The notes under the pieces are model-generated. The model saw only the letters and a list, made by a program, of their open reading frames with translations, did no database searches and was not told the origin of the DNA. From the NCBI GenBank assembly GCA_963677605.2, contig CAXXDX010000002.1, positions 266,057-330,056 on the forward strand: a DNA stretch of 64,000 nucleotides. Reading direction: 5' to 3'. Below, in pieces: positions 28,138 through 35,579 of the stretch. Each line of letters opens with the position of its first letter. Positions within the stretch are counted from its first letter, which is position 1. The translations under genes and the position numbers were made by a program. This DNA is from Christensenellaceae bacterium. Its GTDB lineage: Bacteria > Bacillota > Clostridia > Christensenellales > UMGS416.

Positions 28138-29370
28138 CTACTCCTTTGAAGCCGCAATTGCAGCAATTATGTCTTCCTTGCTAAGCTCATTTTCAGACAA
28201 AGTCTCATATATCTTGCCGTCTTTTATGATTACAACCGCCGGGCAGTCCTCGCAGCCTAAACGCTCAGCCAAGCCCTTTGATTTATAAGTATCAACCTTA
28301 TGGCAGCAGTGATTGTCATACATTTCTTCGATTTCCTCAATAACTGTAAGGAACTCGCGCTGTGTATGGTCTACTGCGTCATAAACGTATGCAATGCCGT
28401 CGCCCATCATTATCTGATGCTCGAATATTTCGCTTTCTGCAATATATTTTTCAGCCATAACACCGGCTGTCGCCGCATCGCCTACGCATGTTGCAACCTG
28501 GCGAAGGAAACGCTCGCGTACATCGCCTGCTGCAAATACACCTGAGATGTTTGTGCGCATTTCTTCATCTGTTAAAACATAACCGCGGTCTGTCATCTTA
28601 ACGATGTCTTTATAAATAGCTGTGTTAGGAACAAATCCGATAAACAGGAAGCATGTCGCGCAGTCAATTCTCTCACTTTCGCCTGTCTTGAGATTTTTGA
28701 GCACAACGCCTTCAAGCTCTTCGCCGCCGTAGTATTCATCTACAACAGTATTCCACTTAAATTCCATTTTAGGATTGGCAAGCGCTGCAGCTTTAGCTAT
28801 CTCGTTGCAGTCCATAACACCTTCATCATGAAGAACGGAAACTGTAACTTTGCTTGCAAACTTTGTAAGGAACATGCCTTCTTCTATAGCGGCATCTCCT
28901 GAGCCTATTACAACAACTTCCTTGCCTGTGTTGGCAGCAGCGTCGCATGTGGCGCAGAATGCAATTCCCTTGCCTATATACTGCTCTTCGCTGTCGATTC
29001 CGAGAACTCTCGGTTTTGAACCGTTTGCAATGATAACAGCTTTTGCTTCATATCTGTTTCTGAATGTTTCAAGGATTTTGATATCTCCCGAGAAATCCAC
29101 AGTTTTAACGTTTGTAAGTTTAAAATCCACTCCGAACTTTTTCGCCTGATCTTTAAAAAGGTTCATGAGGTCTATTCCAGAAATTCCTTCAGGGAATCCC
29201 GGATAGTTTTCTATATCATTTGTGTTTGTAGCGATGCCGCCGACCAAAGCCTGCTCTATAATAAGAGTTTTAAGCTTTGCTCTTCCGCAGTATATGCCTG
29301 CTGTAAGCCCTGAAGCTCCGCCGCCTACGATAACGACATCATATTGTTCAACTTTTTTCTCTCTAGCCAT
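28138..29370 (-). CDS. thioredoxin-reductase-like FAD flavoprotein fused to a C-terminal thioredoxin-fold-like domain
   Basis: VVIVGGGASGLTAG, redox-active CATCD, VVVIGSGDAAIEEG and FAAGDV define a low-Mr TrxR core of about 310 aa. About 100 extra C-terminal residues contain HCCH and CEDCPAVVIIKDGK. Confidence 0.8.
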   Translation of the reverse strand: MAREKKVEQYDVVIVGGGASGLTAGIYCGRAKLKTLIIEQALVGGIATNTNDIENYPGFPEGISGIDLMNLFKDQAKKFGVDFKLTNVKTVDFSGDIKILETFRNRYEAKAVIIANGSKPRVLGIDSEEQYIGKGIAFCATCDAAANTGKEVVVIGSGDAAIEEGMFLTKFASKVTVSVLHDEGVMDCNEIAKAAALANPKMEFKWNTVVDEYYGGEELEGVVLKNLKTGESERIDCATCFLFIGFVPNTAIYKDIVKMTDRGYVLTDEEMRTNISGVFAAGDVRERFLRQVATCVGDAATAGVMAEKYIAESEIFEHQIMMGDGIAYVYDAVDHTQREFLTVIEEIEEMYDNHCCHKVDTYKSKGLAERLGCEDCPAVVIIKDGKIYETLSENELSKEDIIAAIAASKE

Positions 29371-29381
29371 AATATTATCCT

Positions 29382-29939
29382 TTACATAAAGTACTTAACC
29401 AGCAGTTTGCTGCCGATCACTGCGCCGCCGAACATAAACAGGGCAAAAACCCAGCCTGAAAGCGACAGTGAAGCGATTCCCGAAAACAGTGCGCCGATGT
29501 TACAGCCTGCTGCAATGCGTGCACCGTATCCCATAAGAAGTCCGCCCAGTGTTGCGGCAGCAACCTGTTTCCATGACTTAATTTTCTTAAATTTGAAACC
29601 TGAAGCCATAAGCACAGCAAAAAGTGCTCCGAATATAATTCCTATGTTTCTCCATGTGGGTGCATGGCTTAAAAAGCCTGCTTCAAGCGTGGCCTGAGCA
29701 CCCGGGGAAGAAAAGTAATACCATTTGTCAACCGAGCCGCCCACAGCTTCAAAGAGCCAGGCTCCCCAGTTTGCAAATATTCCCGAAACGCCCCACGGAT
29801 TGCCTGTTGTAGCAAATGTAACTATCTGAAAAACAGAAAGCAGAACCGCTCCGGCAACATATGGCAACGCATTTTTAAACCACATCTTGTAGAATTCATT
29901 TTGTTTTATATTGTCAAAAAATTTCTTCAAGTTTCTCAC
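29382..29939 (-). CDS. YeeE/YedE family sulfur-transport membrane protein, C-terminal-half equivalent
   Basis: 185-aa hydrophobic ORF with the GARIAAGCNIGALFSG cysteine loop typical of the family. Confidence 0.75.
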   Translation of the reverse strand: MRNLKKFFDNIKQNEFYKMWFKNALPYVAGAVLLSVFQIVTFATTGNPWGVSGIFANWGAWLFEAVGGSVDKWYYFSSPGAQATLEAGFLSHAPTWRNIGIIFGALFAVLMASGFKFKKIKSWKQVAAATLGGLLMGYGARIAAGCNIGALFSGIASLSLSGWVFALFMFGGAVIGSKLLVKYFM

Positions 29940-29964
29940 CTCAATTAAGTTTTAATACTTTAAG

Positions 29965-30192
29965 TTATGCTTTTTCTATGATGCATTCCCATTCGCCGTC
30001 GTCAACTTCTTCAAGCTCAACTTCGTGACCTTGTTTGCGTGCCCATTCAGGAACGTTTTTCATTGCGCAGCTATGGTCGATCTGAACGATAAGCACATCG
30101 CCTGATTCAAGTTCTTCAAGTGCTTTTTCTGCTTTGATAAGTGGTACAGGGCAAGCCTCGCCCAAACAATCCAATACGACTTCTTTACTCAT
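29965..30192 (-). CDS. TusA/YeeD/SirA-like sulfur carrier protein
   Basis: 75 aa starting at MSKEVVLDCLGEACPVPLIKAEKAL, with the CPxP motif. A GGAGGAAACAAAA RBS precedes this ATG. The longer track ORF (to 30261) overlaps the upstream gene. Confidence 0.88.
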   Translation of the reverse strand: MSKEVVLDCLGEACPVPLIKAEKALEELESGDVLIVQIDHSCAMKNVPEWARKQGHEVELEEVDDGEWECIIEKA

Positions 30193-30233
30193 TTTTGTTT
30201 CCTCCGAAAAATTATTATTTAAAAAGGATTGCC

Positions 30234-30941
30234 TTAATCCTCTTTTTTGCGGTTTTCCCATTTATGTGCGATTACGTATATTACTGCGATGATAAGAAGG
30301 TTGCACAAGAGTCCTCCGAACCACCCGAATGCTGTTGAATTAAATAATTTTGTAAATACATCAGGAAGGAATATTCTCTTTCCGGTTACTATGAAGTTGC
30401 GATACCACCATCCATAGTCATGAGCTCCCCACAGCGAGCCTACAACGAAAAAGAAAAGTGATATAAGCTGCATCCAGAATCCTTCGCCTATTCTCATCAG
30501 TGTGCCCGATGCGCAGCCGCCTGCAATAACCATACCGATACCAAACATAAATGCGCCGATACCTGTTGCAATTGAAACCGGAGCCACATAGCTTTGTCCC
30601 GGAATAGCCTGTCCGTTTACAAATGCTCCGTACTTTATTGCTGTAAACGCAATTGAAGTTATGGCAAATGCTATAAGAACCGCTCTTGTTACGGTAGTTG
30701 ATCCTGTAAGGTAGGGATCGCGCATAGAAGCTGTGAAGCAAAAGCGTGCGCGCTGCAGGATAAAACCAAAAGCTAAACCTGTCATCCAATAGAGCCCGAG
30801 GTTTTCACCTCTTAACGTCAAAAGAACGCCTATTACAACGATGATTACGATAAGCCCTAATGCTATAGGTATCTGATTCATCCTTTTTTTGCGTTTTCTG
30901 CTTGATGCTCTGGAAGAAGTTCTGATTGTGCTTTCTGACAT
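30234..30941 (-). CDS. YeeE/YedE family sulfur-transport membrane protein, N-terminal-half equivalent
   Basis: 235-aa hydrophobic ORF with the QRARFCFTAS and IAGGCASGTLMR cysteine loops. Confidence 0.75.
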   Translation of the reverse strand: MSESTIRTSSRASSRKRKKRMNQIPIALGLIVIIVVIGVLLTLRGENLGLYWMTGLAFGFILQRARFCFTASMRDPYLTGSTTVTRAVLIAFAITSIAFTAIKYGAFVNGQAIPGQSYVAPVSIATGIGAFMFGIGMVIAGGCASGTLMRIGEGFWMQLISLFFFVVGSLWGAHDYGWWYRNFIVTGKRIFLPDVFTKLFNSTAFGWFGGLLCNLLIIAVIYVIAHKWENRKKED

Positions 30942-31048
30942 GATTACACCTCTTTGTTAGTTTGTTAATTATTTAACATATTGACCTGTTTTATTTTATC
31001 ATACTTTGTTAAAAATCTGTCAATCCTTTTTCTTATGCAGTATTAGAT

Positions 31049-31077
31049 TTGTTTATATCAAACTTTGGTGCTATAAT
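31049..31077 (+). promoter_or_regulatory. putative promoter of the LysR gene
   Basis: TTGTTT (31049-31054), a 17-nt spacer, then TATAAT (31072-31077) preceded by TGC (extended -10). It lies 43 nt upstream of the ATG. Confidence 0.45.
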
Positions 31078-31119
31078 ATCCATTAATATCAAAGCAATAT
31101 CAGGGATTTAGACATTAAA

Positions 31120-32016
31120 ATGAATATAGAATCTTTAAAATATTTCTATATGATTGCCAAGGCGGGAAACATAAGTTCCGTCGCAAAAAGCGTGCACCTT
31201 TCTCAGTCTGCACTATCCCAACAGATTCAGCGCCTTGAAACAGATTTTGAAAAAAAGCTTCTGATACGCTCCAATAAAGGCGTTCAGCTCACACCTGACG
31301 GTAAGATAGTTTACAAATTTGCAAGCAACATCCTTCGCACATACGAACACATGATGGAAGAGCTTGAAAGCGAATCAAGGAAAAACATAATTATAAAGAT
31401 TGAAGCTCCGTCGTCTCTTGCAGACTATGCGCTTCCCTGCACGATGATAAAGGCCAATGATAAGTATCAATTGCATAAGTACGAGCTTTCCAGCAATCCG
31501 TCCTATGAAATACTTCAGAATGTTTCAAACAACATTTGCGATGTAGGATTTTCATACATGAAAACTCCGAACGGATATGACGGAGTGCTGTGCCAAAGAG
31601 CCGGCATAAACCGTATAATTCTTGCTGCACCCAACAATTCCGATTATCCAGATGCAATAAGCCTGTCAGAGCTTTCAGACATATGCCTTATAACACTTAC
31701 CGGCAAAACCGATATTAACGAAATCATCTTCGATAAGCTTGAAAAACTGGGAGTGCCCAAAAACGAGCTGAACTGCAACCTCCGCGTGGAAGGCATTGTT
31801 GGAGCTAAAATGATGATAAACAGGGGTTACGGCATGGCTTTCCTTCCTTATATTTCGGTTAAGGAAGAGCTTTATAAAAAGCAGTTTAAGGAAGTAAAAG
31901 TAGAAGGTCTTGATATGGATCTTGACATCTATCTTTTATATAAACAAATCCACACAGAACATGTGGAGGCATTTTTGGAATGGTTTAAACAAAATGGAGA
32001 AGCAAGCTTCTGCTGA
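31120..32016 (+). CDS. LysR family transcriptional regulator
   Basis: 298-aa ORF with the N-terminal HTH LKYFYMIAKAGNISSVAKSVHLSQSALSQQIQRLE and a LysR substrate-binding domain. It is divergent from the YeeE operon. Confidence 0.92.
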   Translation: MNIESLKYFYMIAKAGNISSVAKSVHLSQSALSQQIQRLETDFEKKLLIRSNKGVQLTPDGKIVYKFASNILRTYEHMMEELESESRKNIIIKIEAPSSLADYALPCTMIKANDKYQLHKYELSSNPSYEILQNVSNNICDVGFSYMKTPNGYDGVLCQRAGINRIILAAPNNSDYPDAISLSELSDICLITLTGKTDINEIIFDKLEKLGVPKNELNCNLRVEGIVGAKMMINRGYGMAFLPYISVKEELYKKQFKEVKVEGLDMDLDIYLLYKQIHTEHVEAFLEWFKQNGEASFC

Positions 32017-32021
32017 TACAT

Positions 32022-32252
32022 TTATCTTACTGTAAATGTTACTTCCCACACGCCGTTCATAACTTCTTCTATATTAACGTCGTGTTTTTTGTCCAAATAC
32101 TTGTTTTTTATAGCTTCAATCGTACAGCTGTGGTCCACCACAATCATAAACGATTCCCCGCTTTTTGTGTGGGCAAGCTCCTGTTCTATTTTTAAGATCG
32201 GAACAGGACAAATATCTCCGAAACAGTCGATTAGTTTTATATCTTTTTTCAT
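32022..32252 (-). CDS. TusA/YeeD/SirA-like sulfur carrier protein (second copy)
   Basis: 76-aa ORF: MKKDIKLIDCFGDICPVPILKIEQEL, with the CPxP motif. It starts 3 nt after the stop of the upstream permease gene. Confidence 0.88.
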   Translation of the reverse strand: MKKDIKLIDCFGDICPVPILKIEQELAHTKSGESFMIVVDHSCTIEAIKNKYLDKKHDVNIEEVMNGVWEVTFTVR

Positions 32253-32255
32253 TTT

Positions 32256-33668
32256 CTACATCATAATGGACACATATCCTGCAACAAGCAGAACTGCGAA
32301 AGTTATTGCAACACCCATTACTCCCTTCTTTAGCATAAAATCAGTGTCAAGGCCGTATCCCACAGGGATGGCTCTTATTGAAGTCGGCAGCAGGAATGCG
32401 CAGTTGCACGCCGCAGCCGTAATATAAACATATTTAAGCGGCACATCGCTTATAACAGAGACAATACCGATTACAAGAGGCACTGCAACAGCGACGGCTG
32501 CCGTGTTGCTTGATGCATTGGATAAAAACATTGAAAAAGCGATTATTATTAGCAGTATCGGCAGGGTTTTGTTCAAGTCAATAAGCGACACAGCTTGTGA
32601 AACTCCTGAAAGCGCGCCTGTTGATATAAGCATATTGCCTATTGCAAGCCCGCCTGAAAACAGAATCATAAGCCCCCAGTTGATGTTCTTTTCCGCCTGC
32701 TTCCACGTGATGAGCCGTTCGTTTTTTTCGCCGTTTATAACAAAAGCTACAACGCCGAACAGCATAAACGCGAAAAAAGGCTTAAACTCCGGCAGTATGC
32801 TTGCATAAAGCGGCCTCGCAAAAGACAAAGCAACCGGAACAACAAACAGCACAAGCGATATTACCTGAGATCTTTTCATTTTTCCCGCCAGCTTATACTG
32901 CTCTTTAAAATACTTGCTGCTTCCCGGCATATTTTTTGTTTTAAACCTAAGAAGCAGAATATATGCAACAATGCCCAACGATAAAAGCGCAAGATACGGA
33001 AGCATCTTTGCAGTCCATTCAATGAACATGAACTCTCTTCCCGTAAAGCTTTCAATGTGAGTGATAGCGACAAGGTTCATCGCGCCGCCCAAAGGCGTAC
33101 CAAAGCCCCCAAGCCCCGCGCCCCATGCGACCATCATAAGTATCATCTTGAGAAGATAGTCGCTTTCAGCCTCGTTCTCGCCACCTGCATACTGCATCAT
33201 AGCATATGCAATGGGACATAACGCTGCGACAACCACGGCGTTCGGAAGAACCGAGGACAGCACAACCGACAGCATAAACCACACGACAAGCTGCCACTTT
33301 ACCGAGGTTCCTATGACGCTCAGTGCTTTTAGCGCAATCCTCTTATCGAGGCCGGTATTTTTCCATGTTATTGTAAGCACGTTTGCACCAAGCAAGAGAA
33401 CAACTATCTGAGATGCGTAGTTTTTTAATACATCAGCCATTGGCATTATGGAAAACAGGCTGTTTATGACAATGGGCAAAAGCGCTGTCACCGCTATATG
33501 AAAAGGCCTCGTTATCCACCAGTAGACCATCAGAGCAAGCGTTGAAACGGCAATTCTTGCTTCAAATGAAAAGATGCTTTTAGGCATAACAAAAGCGACA
33601 GCAGCAAATAATATTGCTCCCGCTGCCAGATGAATAAACCGCTTTTTTGCATCCTTTGTCATTTTCAT
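32256..33668 (-). CDS. DASS/SLC13-type (ArsB/NhaD superfamily) anion:cation symporter
   Basis: 470-aa polytopic ORF. Hairpin-tip-like motifs VLPNAVVVAAL and LSNASSNTAAVAV resemble the paired SNT motifs of DASS transporters. Confidence 0.7.
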   Translation of the reverse strand: MKMTKDAKKRFIHLAAGAILFAAVAFVMPKSIFSFEARIAVSTLALMVYWWITRPFHIAVTALLPIVINSLFSIMPMADVLKNYASQIVVLLLGANVLTITWKNTGLDKRIALKALSVIGTSVKWQLVVWFMLSVVLSSVLPNAVVVAALCPIAYAMMQYAGGENEAESDYLLKMILMMVAWGAGLGGFGTPLGGAMNLVAITHIESFTGREFMFIEWTAKMLPYLALLSLGIVAYILLLRFKTKNMPGSSKYFKEQYKLAGKMKRSQVISLVLFVVPVALSFARPLYASILPEFKPFFAFMLFGVVAFVINGEKNERLITWKQAEKNINWGLMILFSGGLAIGNMLISTGALSGVSQAVSLIDLNKTLPILLIIIAFSMFLSNASSNTAAVAVAVPLVIGIVSVISDVPLKYVYITAAACNCAFLLPTSIRAIPVGYGLDTDFMLKKGVMGVAITFAVLLVAGYVSIMM

Positions 33669-33760
33669 TGTCCTATGATTTTACCTACATTGCTGCGTTT
33701 TGTAAACCGCAAATTATCATTTATTCGCAAAATATGCACTCTTGCTTTGCAATAAACCGT

Positions 33761-33792
33761 AAAAAAGCAAAAGCGCACGGATAACCATGCGC
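33761..33792 (-). terminator. Rho-independent terminator after the sugar ABC operon
   Basis: The minus strand reads GCGCATGG-TTAT-CCGTGCGC followed by TTTTGCTTTTTT. Confidence 0.65.
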
Positions 33793-33816
33793 CTTGCCTT
33801 ATGATAGTTGGAAGAA

Positions 33817-34644
33817 CTATTGTTTTACTGCTCCAGATGTTATTCCCTGAATAAAGTACTTCTGTCCCAGCAGATATATTAGAAGAACCGGCAGAGTAGT
33901 TAAGACTATGTCTGCAAAGATAAGATTCCATTTGCTTGTCGTACGTCCGAAGAACTGATAGACAGATATCGTCATTGGATATAGCTTTGTGCTGCTTGTA
34001 AGATACAAAGGCACAAGGAAGTTGCTCCACGTTCCCATAAACTGCAGTATAAAGCATGTTGCGATGATGGGCTTGAGCAACGGCATGATTATATAGAAAA
34101 ACAATCTCACCGAATCCGCACCGTCGATTATCGCAGCCTCATCCATCTCCTGCGGCACTGAACTTACAAAGTTTCTTATAACAAAGACGCAAAACGGTAT
34201 CATCCCGCTCGTAAATGTTACAATTACACCTAGCCGTGAATCTGTCAGGTTAAACAGCTGAAACATTCTGACAAGTGTAATAAAGTTTACAGGCAAAAAC
34301 AGGCCGAACAAAATAAAGTAGTAAATAAAGTTATTTATCTTAGTCTTCTTTCGGCTTAAAACAAAAGCACACATCGCGCACAGCACGACTCCCAGCGTCG
34401 TACTTGTAAGCGAATACACAAGGCTGTTTGTAAAGCCCTGAACAAGCTTGCCTTTTTCTATGACTTCTGCATAGTTTTCAAAATGCCATACTTCGGGAAA
34501 TGCCAGAGACATTCTCGCAGCTTCGTACTTGTCTTTAAACGAGTTTATAACAACCATGTAAAATGGTATTACAACTATAACGCACAGCAGAATGCATATT
34601 ATCTGTTTTATCAATGTATAAATATGTTTCTTTTTGATAACCAT
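33817..34644 (-). CDS. carbohydrate ABC transporter permease (MalG/LplC-like)
   Basis: 275-aa ORF with 6 predicted helices and the EAA-like loop EAAIIDGADSVRLFFYIIMPLLKP. Confidence 0.9.
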   Translation of the reverse strand: MVIKKKHIYTLIKQIICILLCVIVVIPFYMVVINSFKDKYEAARMSLAFPEVWHFENYAEVIEKGKLVQGFTNSLVYSLTSTTLGVVLCAMCAFVLSRKKTKINNFIYYFILFGLFLPVNFITLVRMFQLFNLTDSRLGVIVTFTSGMIPFCVFVIRNFVSSVPQEMDEAAIIDGADSVRLFFYIIMPLLKPIIATCFILQFMGTWSNFLVPLYLTSSTKLYPMTISVYQFFGRTTSKWNLIFADIVLTTLPVLLIYLLGQKYFIQGITSGAVKQ

Positions 34645-35525
34645 TATTGCTGCACCTCCTGTTTGCTCATCATCTTAACAATAAACACACCGGCAACACC
34701 CGTTATCATTAGAAGTATTGTATTCATTGCAGTTGCCATTCCGTATGCACCCTTTGAATACAGCTGGAACACATAAGTCGTTAAGACTTCCGTGAAGTGT
34801 CCCGGACCGCCGTTTGTCAGAACATAAACTATTTCAAACACTTTAAGTCCATATGTAACGCCGAAAACAAGGTTGATTGTTATTGCTCCGGAAAGCATCG
34901 GCAGCGTTATATGAAAAAGTTTCTGCCAGAAGTTTGCGCCGTCAATATCCGAAGCCTCATAGTATGATTTCGGTATGGCGGTAAGCCCCGCAAGGAAAAT
35001 GGTCATTACATATCCGACACCTTTCCATGCATCCACTGCAAAAATGGTTTTCCACACAACATTAAGATCCGACAGCCATTTCTGCTTTAAAAAATCCAGT
35101 TTCAAAGCTCCGAGAAGGCCGTTTAGAAGACCGTTGTTGTAGTTTAAAACAGACTTAAACGTTATGCCGATAATTATCATAGGAATTATTGCAGGAAGAT
35201 ATAATATTGTTCTGTACAGTTTTTTGCCGGCCAGCCCTTCTTTAAGCATGATAGCCAAAAACAGAGCAAGCGTAATCTTTATTACGTTTGAAATCATTGT
35301 AAATCTTAGAGTATTAAATATACCCCTAGAGTATTCCTTGTCCGATGTGAAGATATCAATGTAATTCTGTATGCCTACAAAATGTGTGCCGTTTACTGCG
35401 CTTCTTGAACTCCAGTCAGTAAATGAATAGTAGATACCCATTAAGTTGGGGAGCAAAAAGAATACAATGTAAATCAACAGAGGCAGCAGAATAAACCATT
35501 GTGGGTATATTTTGTGTTTGTTCAT
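34644..35525 (-). CDS. carbohydrate ABC transporter permease (MalF/LplB-like)
   Basis: 293-aa ORF with the EAA-like loop EASDIDGANFWQKLFHITLPML. It abuts the downstream permease gene. Confidence 0.9.
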   Translation of the reverse strand: MNKHKIYPQWFILLPLLIYIVFFLLPNLMGIYYSFTDWSSRSAVNGTHFVGIQNYIDIFTSDKEYSRGIFNTLRFTMISNVIKITLALFLAIMLKEGLAGKKLYRTILYLPAIIPMIIIGITFKSVLNYNNGLLNGLLGALKLDFLKQKWLSDLNVVWKTIFAVDAWKGVGYVMTIFLAGLTAIPKSYYEASDIDGANFWQKLFHITLPMLSGAITINLVFGVTYGLKVFEIVYVLTNGGPGHFTEVLTTYVFQLYSKGAYGMATAMNTILLMITGVAGVFIVKMMSKQEVQQ

Positions 35526-35579
35526 ACGTTTCTCCTAAAAAAAGATGCCCCGGCTAATGCTGGGGCATCCTGTTGTCCA

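Noticed and set aside
30193-30261. 23-codon N-terminal extension of the TusA-like ORF
   Set aside because: It overlaps the upstream YeeE-half gene. A strong GGAGG RBS precedes the internal ATG, which gives the canonical protein of about 75 aa.
33665-34057. 130-aa minus-strand ORF spanning the intergenic terminator and the 3' end of the ABC permease gene
   Set aside because: It overlaps the permease gene out of frame and runs through a clear terminator hairpin. It has no family resemblance.
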